A DNA stretch of 64,000 nt from contig OX597814.1 in assembly GCA_951406725.2 (NCBI GenBank), positions 134,106,001 through 134,170,000 on the forward strand, in the 5' to 3' direction. Source of the DNA: Octopus vulgaris. Taxonomy: Eukaryota. This document shows, in pieces, positions 27,847 through 41,182 of the stretch (position 1 is its first letter; every line of letters begins with the position of its first letter). Both the position numbers and the translations under genes were made by a program. The notes below the pieces were generated by a model, which saw only the letters and a list, made by a program, of their open reading frames with translations, did no database searches and was not told the DNA's origin.

Positions 27847-28953
27847 ATGGCAGAAGCCAATTTGAGTGGTATTCCCAACACTACTGACGGTGGATCTTCC
27901 CTAAATGAGGAAAACAAAATGGAAGCCTATTCCGTACATTTCTTCTTTTGGGGAATCATTGTTCCTGTTATAGTTCTCTTTGGTCTAATTGGCAACATTC
28001 TAACAATAATTGTTCTTTGGCGAAAAGAAATGCACTCCACTACAATATACTATCTAAGAGCTCTTGTAATCACGGACACGGCAATATTAGTTTTTGCATT
28101 CCTTTTGCTTACACCTATCAGTATCTCTAACTATACGAAGAGTTTAAAATATTTCAGAGAAATTATTTATCCTATGATATTTGTACCGTGTAATTATGTG
28201 GTAATGACTGTTCAAACTATAAATGTATGGATTACTGTCAGTGTTACTATTGAGCGGTATATTGCAATTTGTCATCCGTTTATTTCTATCCGACTACTAA
28301 CTCGTTGCAAAGCTCTTACTGTGATTGGATTAACAACCGCTTTCTCAGTGTTGTATAATATCCCACGTCTGTTTGGCACTAAAGCTAGCCCTTTGAAATC
28401 GGGAGACGGTTACATGATTATACCGACTGCATATGGCGAATCAGATATATACAAGGAAATTTACAGTGGTTTAATGTACTCCATTCTGATTTTCATCATT
28501 CCTTTACTTGTACTTTTCGTCCTCAACTTTCTACTCATCATTGAACTCATGAAAATGCGACAACGTCGAGTTGGAATGAATGTGGAAGAAGACAACGAAG
28601 CAAACATGAGTCTTGTTCTGGTTCTAATTGTTCTTATCTTTATTGTTTGTCAAACGCCAGGTTTAATCGCCCAGTACGAGTTCCTCTCGCACCTTGTTTT
28701 GCTTAAATGGCTAGCAGTTAGTAATACTTTATTTATATTTAATTCTTCAGTAAATTTCTTGGTTTATACAGCAGTTGGTCGCAAGTTTAGAAAAGTCCTT
28801 TTTCGCACGTTCCGTCCAGTTCTCTTTAAAACTCTCGGTGCATGCCGTGTAGAATTGTCAAATGAGGCGGATACACGAACCACCATGTATGAATTGACAG
28901 TACTGAATGATCAACAGCCAGAAACAGATCAAACAGAGAGTGCCTGTCCATGA
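27847..28953 (+). CDS. Class A (rhodopsin-like) GPCR, FMRFamide/peptide-receptor-like, intronless CDS of 368 aa
   Basis: Seven hydrophobic segments. GN in TM1, LVITD in TM2, ERYIAICHPF, YNIPR, FIIP..LN, FIVCQTP, NSSVNFLVY, helix-8 KFRK; N-terminal sequons NLS and NTT. First in-frame ATG at 27847 in good context (atcATGg); the track's 27826 start is a GTG. Confidence 0.95.
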   Translation: MAEANLSGIPNTTDGGSSLNEENKMEAYSVHFFFWGIIVPVIVLFGLIGNILTIIVLWRKEMHSTTIYYLRALVITDTAILVFAFLLLTPISISNYTKSLKYFREIIYPMIFVPCNYVVMTVQTINVWITVSVTIERYIAICHPFISIRLLTRCKALTVIGLTTAFSVLYNIPRLFGTKASPLKSGDGYMIIPTAYGESDIYKEIYSGLMYSILIFIIPLLVLFVLNFLLIIELMKMRQRRVGMNVEEDNEANMSLVLVLIVLIFIVCQTPGLIAQYEFLSHLVLLKWLAVSNTLFIFNSSVNFLVYTAVGRKFRKVLFRTFRPVLFKTLGACRVELSNEADTRTTMYELTVLNDQQPETDQTESACP

Positions 28954-29120
28954 CATTTCTCTAAATACAATTCAAAACTATCTAAATCTATTGGCTATTC
29001 CATTCGTTGCTTCCCTTGTTGACTCCTGTTAATCTATATATGAAATATAAATTAACAGGAGTTAATGGAATGCTTTATAATTGACATTTCAAAAAGAAAA
29101 TTGCACTTTTCAATGAAAGG

Positions 29121-29170
29121 AATAAAAGACTGAAGCCACAACCGTTTGTCTAACACAGAATGAAAATAAA
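29121..29170 (+). terminator. Candidate polyadenylation signals of the GPCR (AATAAA at 29121 and 29165)
   Basis: Hexamers 170-210 nt after the stop codon with T-rich sequence downstream; weak evidence in AT-rich DNA. Confidence 0.3.
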
Positions 29171-30191
29171 CTGCTATGGTAACAACAAAATGGGAAGATA
29201 AACGACAACGTTATTTCGCAAATTTATATTTTAAAAGCTTTGGAACTATGAAAATGTTTTGATTTTGTTTTTTTATGATTTTTTTAATTAAAGTTTTTGT
29301 CCTTTTCTTCATATTTTTCCTCCAACTTTTGAAATGTGTTAATTCGAAATATTACAAAAATTTATCAAGTTTATTTATTCGTGGTTTCATTGGAAAAAGA
29401 GTAAAGTTTCGAAACCATTAAGTAATAAGAAGAAAAATTGAAAATGAAATTTTAAACAAATTGTTTTATTTAAAGTCGATGAGAAAAAAAAACTATGGAT
29501 TTCATGTGAAAGTGATTAGAATATGTTTAAACATGTAAACGTTTGTTAAATAACGAAATGCGCAATCAGATGTTTGTGTATGGGACCAGTATTCTGTAAA
29601 ATTTCAATGACAGTGCTTTTCTGATAATTATTTAACTCGTGATGAAGTGAAATATGATCGTCAGTTCATTGTCCTTACATGATTTTCTTGAACATGATTT
29701 CCTTGAACATCAAGAGATTAAAGCAGAAAATATAGTTGTCTGTAACTTGACAAAGGTAGCAGCTTTTACTATTCTTATGTGATAGAGCGCTTCTCCGCAA
29801 ACAGAAAAAAAAAACAATTGTATCCAAGCACTGAAGTTGCAATTGACAATCGATAATCACAGCTCGAAATTTTCTTTTTTTACTGTAGGAAAAACAGTAA
29901 TAAATTTCATAAGTAAAGTATGTGTGAGTGTAAATGCAAGGAAATATATACACATGCAAGCACACACACACGCATACACAGACACACACACACACACGTG
30001 TGTGTGTATGTGTGTGTGAGTATGATAACAGGTCGATTTCAAGCCCCTTGGGTGTAGAACATTTCCACATCATCAGATATCCGGACTTCGATAATCTCAT
30101 GGTATGGGTATATTCAACGTCAACGATATTTTCAGAAAAATAGAGCTCGTCAACCTCTTATAAAGTACCATTCAAATTCAATGTATATGTG

Positions 30192-30282
<91 letters not shown>

Positions 30283-30291
30283 CGTTTTCAA

Positions 30292-30367
30292 ATAGCCAGA
30301 TAACTGAAGAGATGGCGTTGTAGATTCCAACTTCGGCATCTGAAACTCAGAGTTTTATCTTGACTAT
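30292..30367 (+). ncRNA. Type I hammerhead-like motif between two (TA)n tracts
   Basis: agataa CTGAAGA gatg-gcgttg(tagattc)caacttcgg-catc t GAAA ctc-a-gag TT ttatct. 6-bp stem I extendable by atag/ctat. Confidence 0.7.
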
Positions 30368-30384
30368 CGAGTAATGTAACATAT

Positions 30385-30504
<120 letters not shown>

Positions 30505-30562
30505 ATTATGCATATATTGCTCTTTAGGTTTCAAATATAAATATATATGCTTATATAATATA

Positions 30563-30609
<47 letters not shown>

Positions 30610-31175
30610 ATATGTGCGTGTGTGTGTGTATATATATGTGTGTGTGTGTGTATACACCCACACATACGCACATACTTACATATATATGTGTCCGTGTGTG
30701 TATGTATGTTTGTGTGCAATGTATGTATGTATGTATGTATGTGCGTTTGTGTATATATGTGTGTGTATTAACTCGATAAGAAAAAGTACAGTGAACCTGC
30801 AGAGGGGAATAGAAAATCTACTGTTTCGGAGAGAGTACTTCTTCGGGAAAATTTAAAAGAGAAAAATTGAGGAGTTTCTCTCCTTTCAACATTTCTTTAG
30901 AGAAGAACGTATTTAAAATGTCGAATTTTCTACCCCCCTCTGCAAGTTTAATGTTCTCCATTTGTCCATTTTACTATATAAGTTATGCCGTCCCAGACTA
31001 ACATCTGCCTCATTAAAGTCTGTTTGATCGCATATTTGGCAGAAACTTATCTAAGTCTCTTAGTATACATATAAATATTTATGTATAAGCATAAATACGT
31101 AGTTAGACGGATAGATATATATATGTATATGCATATGTAGACAAATGTTTATATGCATATACGTATACGTGTATA

Positions 31176-31208
<33 letters not shown>

Positions 31209-31260
31209 ATTTATGTATGTTCATATAGACACGTGTATATATATGCGTATGTTATATATA

Positions 31261-31300
<40 letters not shown>

Positions 31301-31321
31301 TTATATACATATGTATATACG

Positions 31322-31385
<64 letters not shown>

Positions 31386-31890
31386 CATATTAATATACAT
31401 ATGTATATGCGTATGTATACACAGATGTTTATAAGTGTGTATGTGTGTGTTGTATTTCTTTTACTCGTTTTATTTTTCTATGAGCTTTAGCTCCTAGCTG
31501 CGGTCATTCTGAGTGATACTCCTAGCCACTTGTGAGAACTAAATACATATACGCTTTAGCGTAAAGCTTTCGCCTAGGCCACTACACATCGTAATCTAGG
31601 ATAATGAAAACGAATCACGTAACCAAGTTAATTAGATTAGCTGTCTGCTATACGAAGAAGTACATTCAGAACTGAGTTTAGTATCCTAGAGTTTCTCGGA
31701 ACCATTTAAATGAAGTTTAATAATTTCGAGGAAACTCTAGAATGTTGCGCATTCACTGCTTCTTGTAGCAGACATAGCTAACTTAGTGAACTCCATTACA
31801 GGATATCTGTTGCATTGTCATTTATTAATATATCTAGGTATGTATATGCATATGCATACATAAGTATGTACGTATGTATCTGCAGATTCG

Positions 31891-31948
<58 letters not shown>

Positions 31949-31953
<5 letters not shown>

Positions 31954-32140
31954 CAAATTTACAGAAACCAAAAGGCGAATATATGTGAGGGAACAAGAGG
32001 CAGGTGATTCAGTTTAATGCCTAGCAAGAATGGAAAAGTCTTTGACGTTTCGAGCCTAAGCTCTTCAACAGAAAAGGATGAGTGGGAGAAAATGGTGAGT
32101 GAACGAAAAAAAAACAGAGAGAAAAAATGTGTAGACGTTA
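31949..32140 (-). mobile_element. Short dispersed repeat with hammerhead-like motif (probable Penelope pLTR remnant)
   Basis: Same family as 7972 and 16442; minus strand tttt CTGTTGA a gagc-ttag-gctc GAAAC GTC aaag. Confidence 0.6.
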
Positions 32141-32239
32141 AAGGTTCAATATGTATTTATGTATGTATGTATGTATGTATGTATGTATGAATCTATGTAT
32201 GTATATGTCTATACATATATATATATATGTATATGTATG

Positions 32240-32298
<59 letters not shown>

Positions 32299-32302
32299 TA
32301 TA

Positions 32303-32382
<80 letters not shown>

Positions 32383-33122
32383 AAGTGCTGAAGTATTTTG
32401 TAATAAGTCAGTAGGAGAAGTTCGGTGAGTGCCTTTGTAATGAGGAGTGTGACACCTAATATTTCGCGGCTTGCCTTTCGTTTGTGATTGAGGAAAGATG
32501 TCGAAAGAAAGTTTTGTCGCTTGGACTGGAGAACAGTATTTTCAGAAGGTATTAGATTTTAGGGAGTAACACATGTTGTGCTGATATATGAGATGGAAGG
32601 TAGATAAGCAAGAGCAAGGAGTTAAATGAGTAGATTCGAAGTTTTCCTCTACATGTATTTTTCATTCTCAATGTTTTGCCCATCATTGAACTCATGAAAA
32701 TGTGGCAATGTATTATACGATCTGAAAGTGACAAGCAAGAGAGATAACTTCAATAAGATCCGTGATCGAATTATAGAAAGTGTATACAGGAGTGAATCAA
32801 AGTTATTTCGATCCTTATTGCAGAGTCTGTATTGAGTGTGCAGAACACTTCCCTGGTGTATTTTCCTTGAAACATATTATGAGATATTGAGAGAGAAGGT
32901 GTTAAACTTGTTACACAGAAAAAAGTTCTGTAAAGAGAATTTTGAGCCACTCTTCAAGTAAAGCTTGCTTTAGCTCTTCGTGAAACATATTGAGATATGG
33001 AGAGAGAAGGTAGAAAGAGCCAGTGCCTCAAAGAAAAATGGCAAAAGAGTTCAAGAGAGAGGAGTAAAATTAAACTGCAAAACCCATAGATAAAGATCAA
33101 CCGCGCAAAAAATTATTCACCT

Positions 33123-34284
33123 GAAGAGGTTGGACAGAATGATGGACATATCTTGTTAAACAGAAGTTTTTATTTAGTACGATGTTGGTTCACCTTCAGC
33201 ATCAATACGTCAATCAATCTTAATACGTCGAGGAATTGGTTCGTACAGGTTCTGTAAAGAGAATTTTGAGCCACTCTTCAAGTAAATCTTGCTTTAGCTC
33301 TTTCAACTATGAAGGCAGAAAAAAGTGGCTCCTCACTTGCTATTCCAAAATGCACCATAAATGTTCAATTATACATTTATACTTTCGGTGAGAGAGATGG
33401 GGTGGCAGTCCCATTGGTCTACTTTACTTTTGTGCTCTTTTTATTACTTTTGATTAACATTAGCTGTGTGAATCATTGAGTTATCATCCTGGAAAATTGC
33501 ATTACCATGAAGGAGCAATTTTCGTACTATAGGATGGGTATCATTCGCAAAATTACTCAGATACTCCTTGGCATTAACTCTACTATGTAGAACAACTAAA
33601 GAGACAAGAGAAACCTGTGATATGGTTGTCCAAACCATCACAGATCCACCTCCATGCTTCACGGTAGAGGCCAAACAGTTAGGGTTTGGTGACTTCTTGG
33701 GCTGTCTCCAGAAATAAACTGACCCAAGGTGAGAAAAAATGTAAATAGTGATTCACCAAAGAAGAGGACATCGTGCCATTGAGCCACAGATAACTTTTTG
33801 ATAATCAGTACAACTTTTTTTCCGCTTATCAATATTTATGGGAGACAGTAGAGAGTTAGCAGTTTCAACCCTCCCCATGGATAGCTTTATGGCACGCACG
33901 ATGAATGGTTTTGGTTGGCACAAGTTTGGCAAAGTCATCATTTAGCTCTGCTGTCACTTTTGTTGCTGTAATTCCATGGTTATGGAATTACTGTAGCTGT
34001 AATTCCATGGTTTTACTATTCTGCGGCTCTTCTCTGTGAGCGTTGCCTTCTATCGAGAATTATGCTCACCAGAGATGATTTTAACTTGGCTTTGGAATGT
34101 CAAGTGGATTTCTTGAAGCATTAAGCAATTTAGAAATATTGGAGAATAAAACTCCAGCCCTCTGCATTCCAACAATTAGTCCATTTTGAAAATCAGATAG
34201 GTCATGCATTTTATCTTATTTCAATACAAATATTTGCAAAAAGGAACGTTGTATCGTAAAGTACAGTGTATATATAATGCAAAT

Positions 34285-34324
<40 letters not shown>

Positions 34325-34410
34325 AGAATAGTTTTAAACTTTTCATATTGCCTATAAAAAAACATTTAAATATAAAGTGATATTGCCATTATTTTGTCCG
34401 ACCCCCGTTG
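33123..34410 (-). mobile_element. Decayed Tc1 transposon
   Basis: TVKHGGGSVMVW, FQDDN..IHTA and HLWCILE motifs. Imperfect TIRs gaggttggacagaatgatgg (33126) / ccattattttgtccgacccc (34386). Confidence 0.88.
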
Positions 34411-34947
34411 GTAGACACTCATAATCACACAATAACGGTAATACATACAACTCTTTCAGTTTAATTGTATAGAATATCATTTTCAATGAATAAAACGAAA
34501 AGAAAAGTTTGCCTTCAACGGTAAATGTGTATATGCAAACATGCACATACCAACATGAAAATCAAGCGTACATACAAGCATATACAAACATACATACAAA
34601 CATACTTACAAACATATGCAAACATACACATACAACCATACATACGTGTGCGTATACACGCATACACACACACATACGTATGAATACACACAATACTTTT
34701 AATTACAGCCATACAAAAACATTTATGGAGATATACATACGCAAATATTCGTATGTAAAAGTATTCGTAGTCATACATACATGTCTGCACGCGCACACAC
34801 GCACGCATGTATATACACACTCAAATGCAAACATATTCATAATATGTATACACGCATAAATATATAAATGTATAGATAGATAGATAGACAGACAGACAAA
34901 CAGACAGACAGACAAACAGGCAGACAGACAGACAGACAGATAGATAC

Positions 34948-35032
<85 letters not shown>

Positions 35033-35205
35033 AGAGGGAGAGAGAGACATATAGATATACAAAACCGAGAAATGCACACGTTTAAGTAAACGAATAACAT
35101 GAGACAGGAGACTTGAACTAAGTACAGGAACGGAAGAATTCATATATGCTCATCCTTGACCCTGCAGTAGTGGGATAAATTATTGTGTAGTATAACACCG
35201 CTAAC

Positions 35206-35467
35206 GTGGAGGCGCGTGGCTTAGTGGTTAGGGTGACAGCATCATAATCGTAAGATTGTGGTTTCGATTCCTGGACCGGGCGACGCGTTGTGTTCTTGAG
35301 CAAAACACTTCATTTCACGTTGCTCCAGTCCACTCAGCTGGCAAAAATGAGTAACGCTGCGATGGACTGGCGTCCCGTCCAGTTGGGGAACACATACGCC
35401 AGAGAAACCGGGAAACTGGGCCCATGAGCCTGGCTAGGCTTTAAAAAGGGCACAAAAAGAAAAATAA
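35206..35467 (+). mobile_element. tRNA-headed SINE (family C here), full length with TSD
   Basis: A box tggcttagtggtt, B box ggtttcgattcc, central gctgcgatggactggcgtcccgtccag, A-rich tail. 14-bp TSD ataacacc(g/t)ctaac at 35192-35205 and 35468-35481. Confidence 0.88.
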
Positions 35468-36715
35468 ATAACACCTCTAACCACGTGGTGGTTAAAAGGG
35501 TGGCCAATGAGTTAAAGTGCTGGGCTACAGATTTAAATCTGTTGTCACGGACATTATGTACTATGCTTAATAATAAGTTTACATGCTATGCAGCAAATGA
35601 GATTGTATAGAATGTTCAGTCGAAGTGGCTGTAACTTGACGTTAAATGTAGGTTTGGGGTATAGTAAGAGTGCTGTTAGGAAGATGTAGGAGCAAATATA
35701 TCATCTGAATTCCAAGTGAAGCTTCCAGACTGGATTAGGTTGGGATCAAATGGATACTTGAATAAAAAGTCGTGTCAATTTTTGTATCTTTTAAGGAAGA
35801 GAAGTAAATGCTTATAAAAGATTTTGGCATTAAAGAGATACATTGCAGGAAGAGGAAGTTACAGAAAATGGTGAACTTCAGCGGCAGAATCGCAACGTAC
35901 AAAAAGAAAGGGACTCCGATCGCTAAGTGGGCTTGTGTGTAGGCTTAGTGGGGGGAAGGTTCCGCGATAGATTGGTAGATATGTTGTAGGAAGGTTATGT
36001 GGAAGAAAGTCGAGATAGGAGTGAGTGTTGGTTTGATGTTGTTGCTTTTGTTTAGCCTGAGATCAACCCTAATCTAGCAAACCAAGGCATTCTGTGACGC
36101 TATATAATCCAAGGCATTCTGTGACGCTACTTGCTTTTCAAGGATACCTAGAACTACAAACATTATACTATATGTGTTTCCCTTTCTTTCAGGCGGTAGA
36201 GGGTATATCTGAAGGAGAGTTCTTTTTTAGCAGGTTGAGCAATTCCACAAAGCTCTGTCGTTGGCACGTGTATTGTTTTGTAATAAAAAGTGATGTGAAG
36301 GTAGATGTTGTCCTGAAGAACAGAAATTTCAAGTAAATTTATGGTGGTATTGACATCAGCCGGTGGTATTGCCATATACAATCCAGCCTGGGGAGATTTT
36401 GTCTGTATATATATCTATATGATGTACATGTCAAATATGTATGAGTGTGTAATAGCTCCCTTCCCTTTCATTCGTTTCTCACTCTGAGCAAGCTCACATC
36501 CACATCCTATATAACTTCAACCACCTGTCACTTCCTTCTGTTTCAACTTCCTTCTCATTTACTTGCCTCCTACACAAGCGACATGGCCATTTCTACTTTC
36601 TTTCCACTCACTTTTAGATGAATGCGCGAAACGTTTACACTATGCACTCCTTACAGCAAATGAACTCAAGCGGTCCTGTCAAATTCTACATGAAATGGGT
36701 GTGTACGTGTGTGCA

Positions 36716-36779
<64 letters not shown>

Positions 36780-37381
36780 TCTGCATGTAAGCATACATGC
36801 ATGTATGTAAACACAATATCAACCACTCTTGCAAAGCTGTTTATAAACAGTATTCGTTAGGATATCATTGATTTTTTTTATTATTATTTACTTATTACAT
36901 GCTTTAACCGTTTAAACTGTTTCCAAGCTTTACAGACAATGAACATGTTGCTTATTTTTGCTACGTAAAAATAACTTTTTGGCAGAAACCTGTCCGCCAA
37001 CAAATGTATAAAAATTGACGCCGGCGGATATTTGAAGCTGTAGAATTCAAAATATGTGAAATGTGTATAGATATCATTTTGTAATATATATATCAATCCA
37101 TTTCTTTCATGAAAACGGTCAAGACGGTCGAGTGTTGAAATTGACTCATCTTTCAATGTTTGTATTATTTTTGACACGTGTCGCACAGGCTTTTCGTTTC
37201 ACTGTTCAATTGCAAAATCCATGTAAAGAGACGGGGTTAATAAATATGCAACAGAATGGCATTATTAATGCGGTTTGGCACGTATAACATTAGATTCCAA
37301 TCATGGAACACGCGCGTGCGCACATATACATACACATATATATCATATATATTTAATTATATATTTATGCAATGTGTACTG

Positions 37382-37424
<43 letters not shown>

Positions 37425-37610
37425 AATATATATATATATATATTTATATATATGTATGTATGCATATATATACATATATATATATATATAACATACCTGC
37501 GCATAATATGTATGAAATAAACATGTATATACACTATATAATATATATTATTTCTAAAATATGCACTTCTATTTCTTGAAAATTGTATATTTTTTGTGTG
37601 GATTATATAT

Positions 37611-37683
<73 letters not shown>

Positions 37684-38244
37684 ATATACATGTATGTGAA
37701 TACAGACATATATATATATATATATATACATACACAATTCTACGTGTGTATATATGCATATATACTTTAAGTGTAAGGTATCTAGATGATGAGCATATAT
37801 ATTTATAATTACATTCATATGTCCATACAAACTCATGTAATTAATATCTTATATTCATTTTTACGCATATAACTAAACGTGACCCTATATATAAACACTA
37901 TACATGTTTATGTATATATATATACCCATATTATGTTTAAATATATATACCTGTGCATACATGTATGTGTAAACATATTTTGTATTTATATATAATATAC
38001 TTATTATCTATATATATTGTATCTTTTATTTATGCATATATCCATTTCTATACATGCGTGCGTGCATGTGTTTATACATACATATTTGTATGCCTACATA
38101 CATGCATGCATACATACATACATACATACATACATACATACATACGTGAGTTTAAAAGACAATAAGTCAGGGAAAAGATGCACTCGTATATCAGTCAGTA
38201 AAGTGGGTATATGATCGGAAATGTATGGTATTAAATATCCGTCA

Positions 38245-38338
38245 CGGCTGGTTTTACCATTCGGTTTCGCATAAAGAATACAACGGAGTGTTAGATAACA
38301 AACCGATTACATAACTTTATGCTCATCAGAGTTAGCCG
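38245..38338 (-). ncRNA. Type I hammerhead ribozyme motif with canonical core
   Basis: Minus strand: cggct aact CTGATGA gcataaag-(long insert)-ctttatgc GAAA cc-gaat-gg TA aaacc agccg. 8-bp stem II, 3-bp stem III, GUA triplet; proximal stem I is imperfect. Confidence 0.78.
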
Positions 38339-38404
38339 ATATAGAAGGGAATATGGTGACAGCTCTCTATAGGAATAGAGAGCAGCCGTGATGGATACTT
38401 AATA

Positions 38405-38445
38405 CTATACATTTCGGATAACACACACACACACACACACACATA

Positions 38446-38485
<40 letters not shown>

Positions 38486-38739
38486 CATACATATATACTA
38501 TATATATATATGTACATACATATATAAACAGACATATATACTATATATATATATATATATTATATAAAAATACTATATATACAGAAATATATAAAATATA
38601 TAACATGTATATAACTATGTATACTGCGTATGTGTATATAGTGTTCTTACCATAATACATATTAGATGTAAATATGTATATGTATATATACATATACATA
38701 TATAAATATATATAAATATATATATATGTATGTATGTAC

Positions 38740-38773
<34 letters not shown>

Positions 38774-38887
38774 GTATATATATAAATACACATATATACA
38801 TACACACACACATATATATATATATGAATATATATGTATGTATATATATATGTGTGTGTGTGTGTATATATGTGTATATATATATAA

Positions 38888-38970
<83 letters not shown>

Positions 38971-38992
38971 TATATATATATGCATGTATATG

Positions 38993-39060
<68 letters not shown>

Positions 39061-39090
39061 GAGAGAGGGGGAGGAAGAGAGAGAGAGCTT
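38405..39090. repeat. Long compound (TA)n/(CA)n/(TG)n microsatellite field
   Basis: Directly visible. Similar fields lie at 7730-7970, 13220-13470, 30180-30770, 31110-31450, 37320-37760, 48768-48850 and 49085-49210. Confidence 0.95.
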
Positions 39091-40044
39091 ATGTACTTTC
39101 ATATGTCTATGAACTTGACTGAAAGTTGCTGGTGGTGGTGCTGCTGCTGCTTTTATTGTGTAAACACAATGACTATAATGATGATGTTTATGATTGTGAT
39201 GATTATGATACCTATGTTCATATTACTGTTGCTATTTCTTATGTCATTGTTATTTTACATAATTGTTCCTTTTTTTGTAATAGCCGACATAAAAACAACT
39301 TTATCTCATATGAGTCTCCATTGTTTTTAATGAATATTTCTATTATTTATCTTTCAAACATTCTTTGCTATTGGTGTATTTGTTGTTCTTGCTTTTACTG
39401 CTGTCGGCGTGATAAAGACTGAATAACAAGTCTCAACTATATACAATACATAATGCGGTAAACACACGCGCGCGCACAGAGTATGTGTGTGTGTGTGTAT
39501 ACACACAGTTTAAGCTTGAGAGCGGCGGCCATGCTGGGTACTCATATAGGATTTTCTTCTCTAAACAAACAAATTGAATAAAGCATGGCTTTTCTGAAGA
39601 AAAGTTAACTCACGTAACGAACTTTGATCAATGAACGACGAATATACTATACACGCGCATTAGTGGCTAGAAGAGCATATCTGAGCGGTTCGTTAACGTC
39701 TATATTCACATTTTGTGCAGATTATAAATTTTCAAATTTCATTTAGAACACAATATTTTTTAATCATAGATATTTTCAAATATATATTTGCGACGGATGC
39801 AGTATTAATATCGAATGGTAATCTTTATATCTTACTTAATGTGGCTGTATTATTAGAACGCTGAATACTGCGACATTCGCCTTGAGAGATCCTCTTTTAT
39901 ATGCGTACGGTGCTAAGGGCACAAGCATATATAGTAGCGGACGAGAACCCTCTAACATGGGCGCTGGAACTGCCAGATCACGTGATTTCAGCGTACCGTG
40001 CATCTTCAGTAGCAGATGTTCGGTAGCCAATGTTACAAATATAA

Positions 40045-40720
40045 ACATGGGTCGGCAGAAGACAGTTAGAAATCAATTACCATCGAAAATATGAGGGAAA
40101 TAATATGTATCCATGAAAATAGGACTAGTGCTAGCAACATTAGTACAGAGTACTGAGTAGCAAAATCAACAATCTGCACTACACTAAAAAGCAAGAATAA
40201 ATTAAGAAGTGTGTAGGTATCTTAGGAAATAACCAAGGTTAGTAAATCATGTAACAACTTTGTTGAAGATATGGCAAATTCACTTTTGGTGTGGTTTAAA
40301 TATAAGTTCTTTATGATAGTTTAAGTGAATCGATAAAATTATGTAAATGCCTAACAGCTGTTTGATGATTTGAGAACGAATTATCCCAGTGGAAGTAGTA
40401 TTGCAGAGCTGAACTTCCTTGTTTCAGATGGTTGGTGTACCAGATTCCGAGAAAGAAATGGATTACATAGTGTTGGGAAGCATTATGTGTCTGCCAACGC
40501 AGACTATAAAACAGCTCGTGTGTACGACGTTGTGTTTTTAAACATTATTGAAAAGGGTGGCTTCGTTTCAAAGCAGGTGATGAAAAGCAGCTCTTGAGGA
40601 GGAAGATGCCTTATTGAAAAAATATCATAAAGGAGGAGTTTCCTCCTTTACCATTTAGAAAACAGCAGATCATTCAGAAACAGTCATAAGAACCGTCTTA
40701 GAGCTTCGTAGCGGTCAAAC
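40045..40720 (+). mobile_element. Tigger/pogo (CENP-B-like) transposase remnant
   Basis: FLVSDGWCTRFRERNGLH and IIEKGGFVSKQV...RKMP match the HTH-CENPB and start of the DDE_1 region; many stops. Confidence 0.7.
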
Positions 40721-40782
40721 CTTGGCATCCAATTTTTATGCTGGCATTGATTTGGACAGATTTTTCATTAGGAGCATGATGA

Positions 40783-40783
<1 letters not shown>

Positions 40784-40862
<79 letters not shown>

Positions 40863-40931
40863 GGATGATGATGATGATGAGGAGGAGGAGGAGGAGGAGG
40901 AGGAGGAGGATGGTGATGATGATGATGATGT
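40784..40931. repeat. (GAT)n(GAG)n trinucleotide microsatellite
   Basis: Directly visible. Confidence 0.95.
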
Positions 40932-41113
40932 TAATTATATTATAATTTTGCTTGTTCGTTCGTTCAAACGTTACGCTTTAGTTAGTTACAGAGGGGAGGG
41001 GAGTGAGTGAAACGTGGGTCAAAAGTGTGAGGGGAGAGAGTGGAGGAAGGAATGTGTGGGAAAGAAGGCGAGAAAGATGCATACATATGTATGCGTATAT
41101 GCATGTATACATC

Positions 41114-41146
<33 letters not shown>

Positions 41147-41182
41147 GGTATGGTCGGCATGGCTCGAAGTTAGGTGAATAAA

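Noticed and set aside
35208-35282. tRNA genes at 35208, 58460-58536 and the SINE A and B heads
   Set aside because: A and B boxes are present but there is no complete cloverleaf, and each continues into a SINE body.
36084-36129. Short direct repeats (caaggcattctgtgacgcta x2; also 7853-7880 and 33966-34012)
   Set aside because: Ordinary slippage duplications with no further structure.
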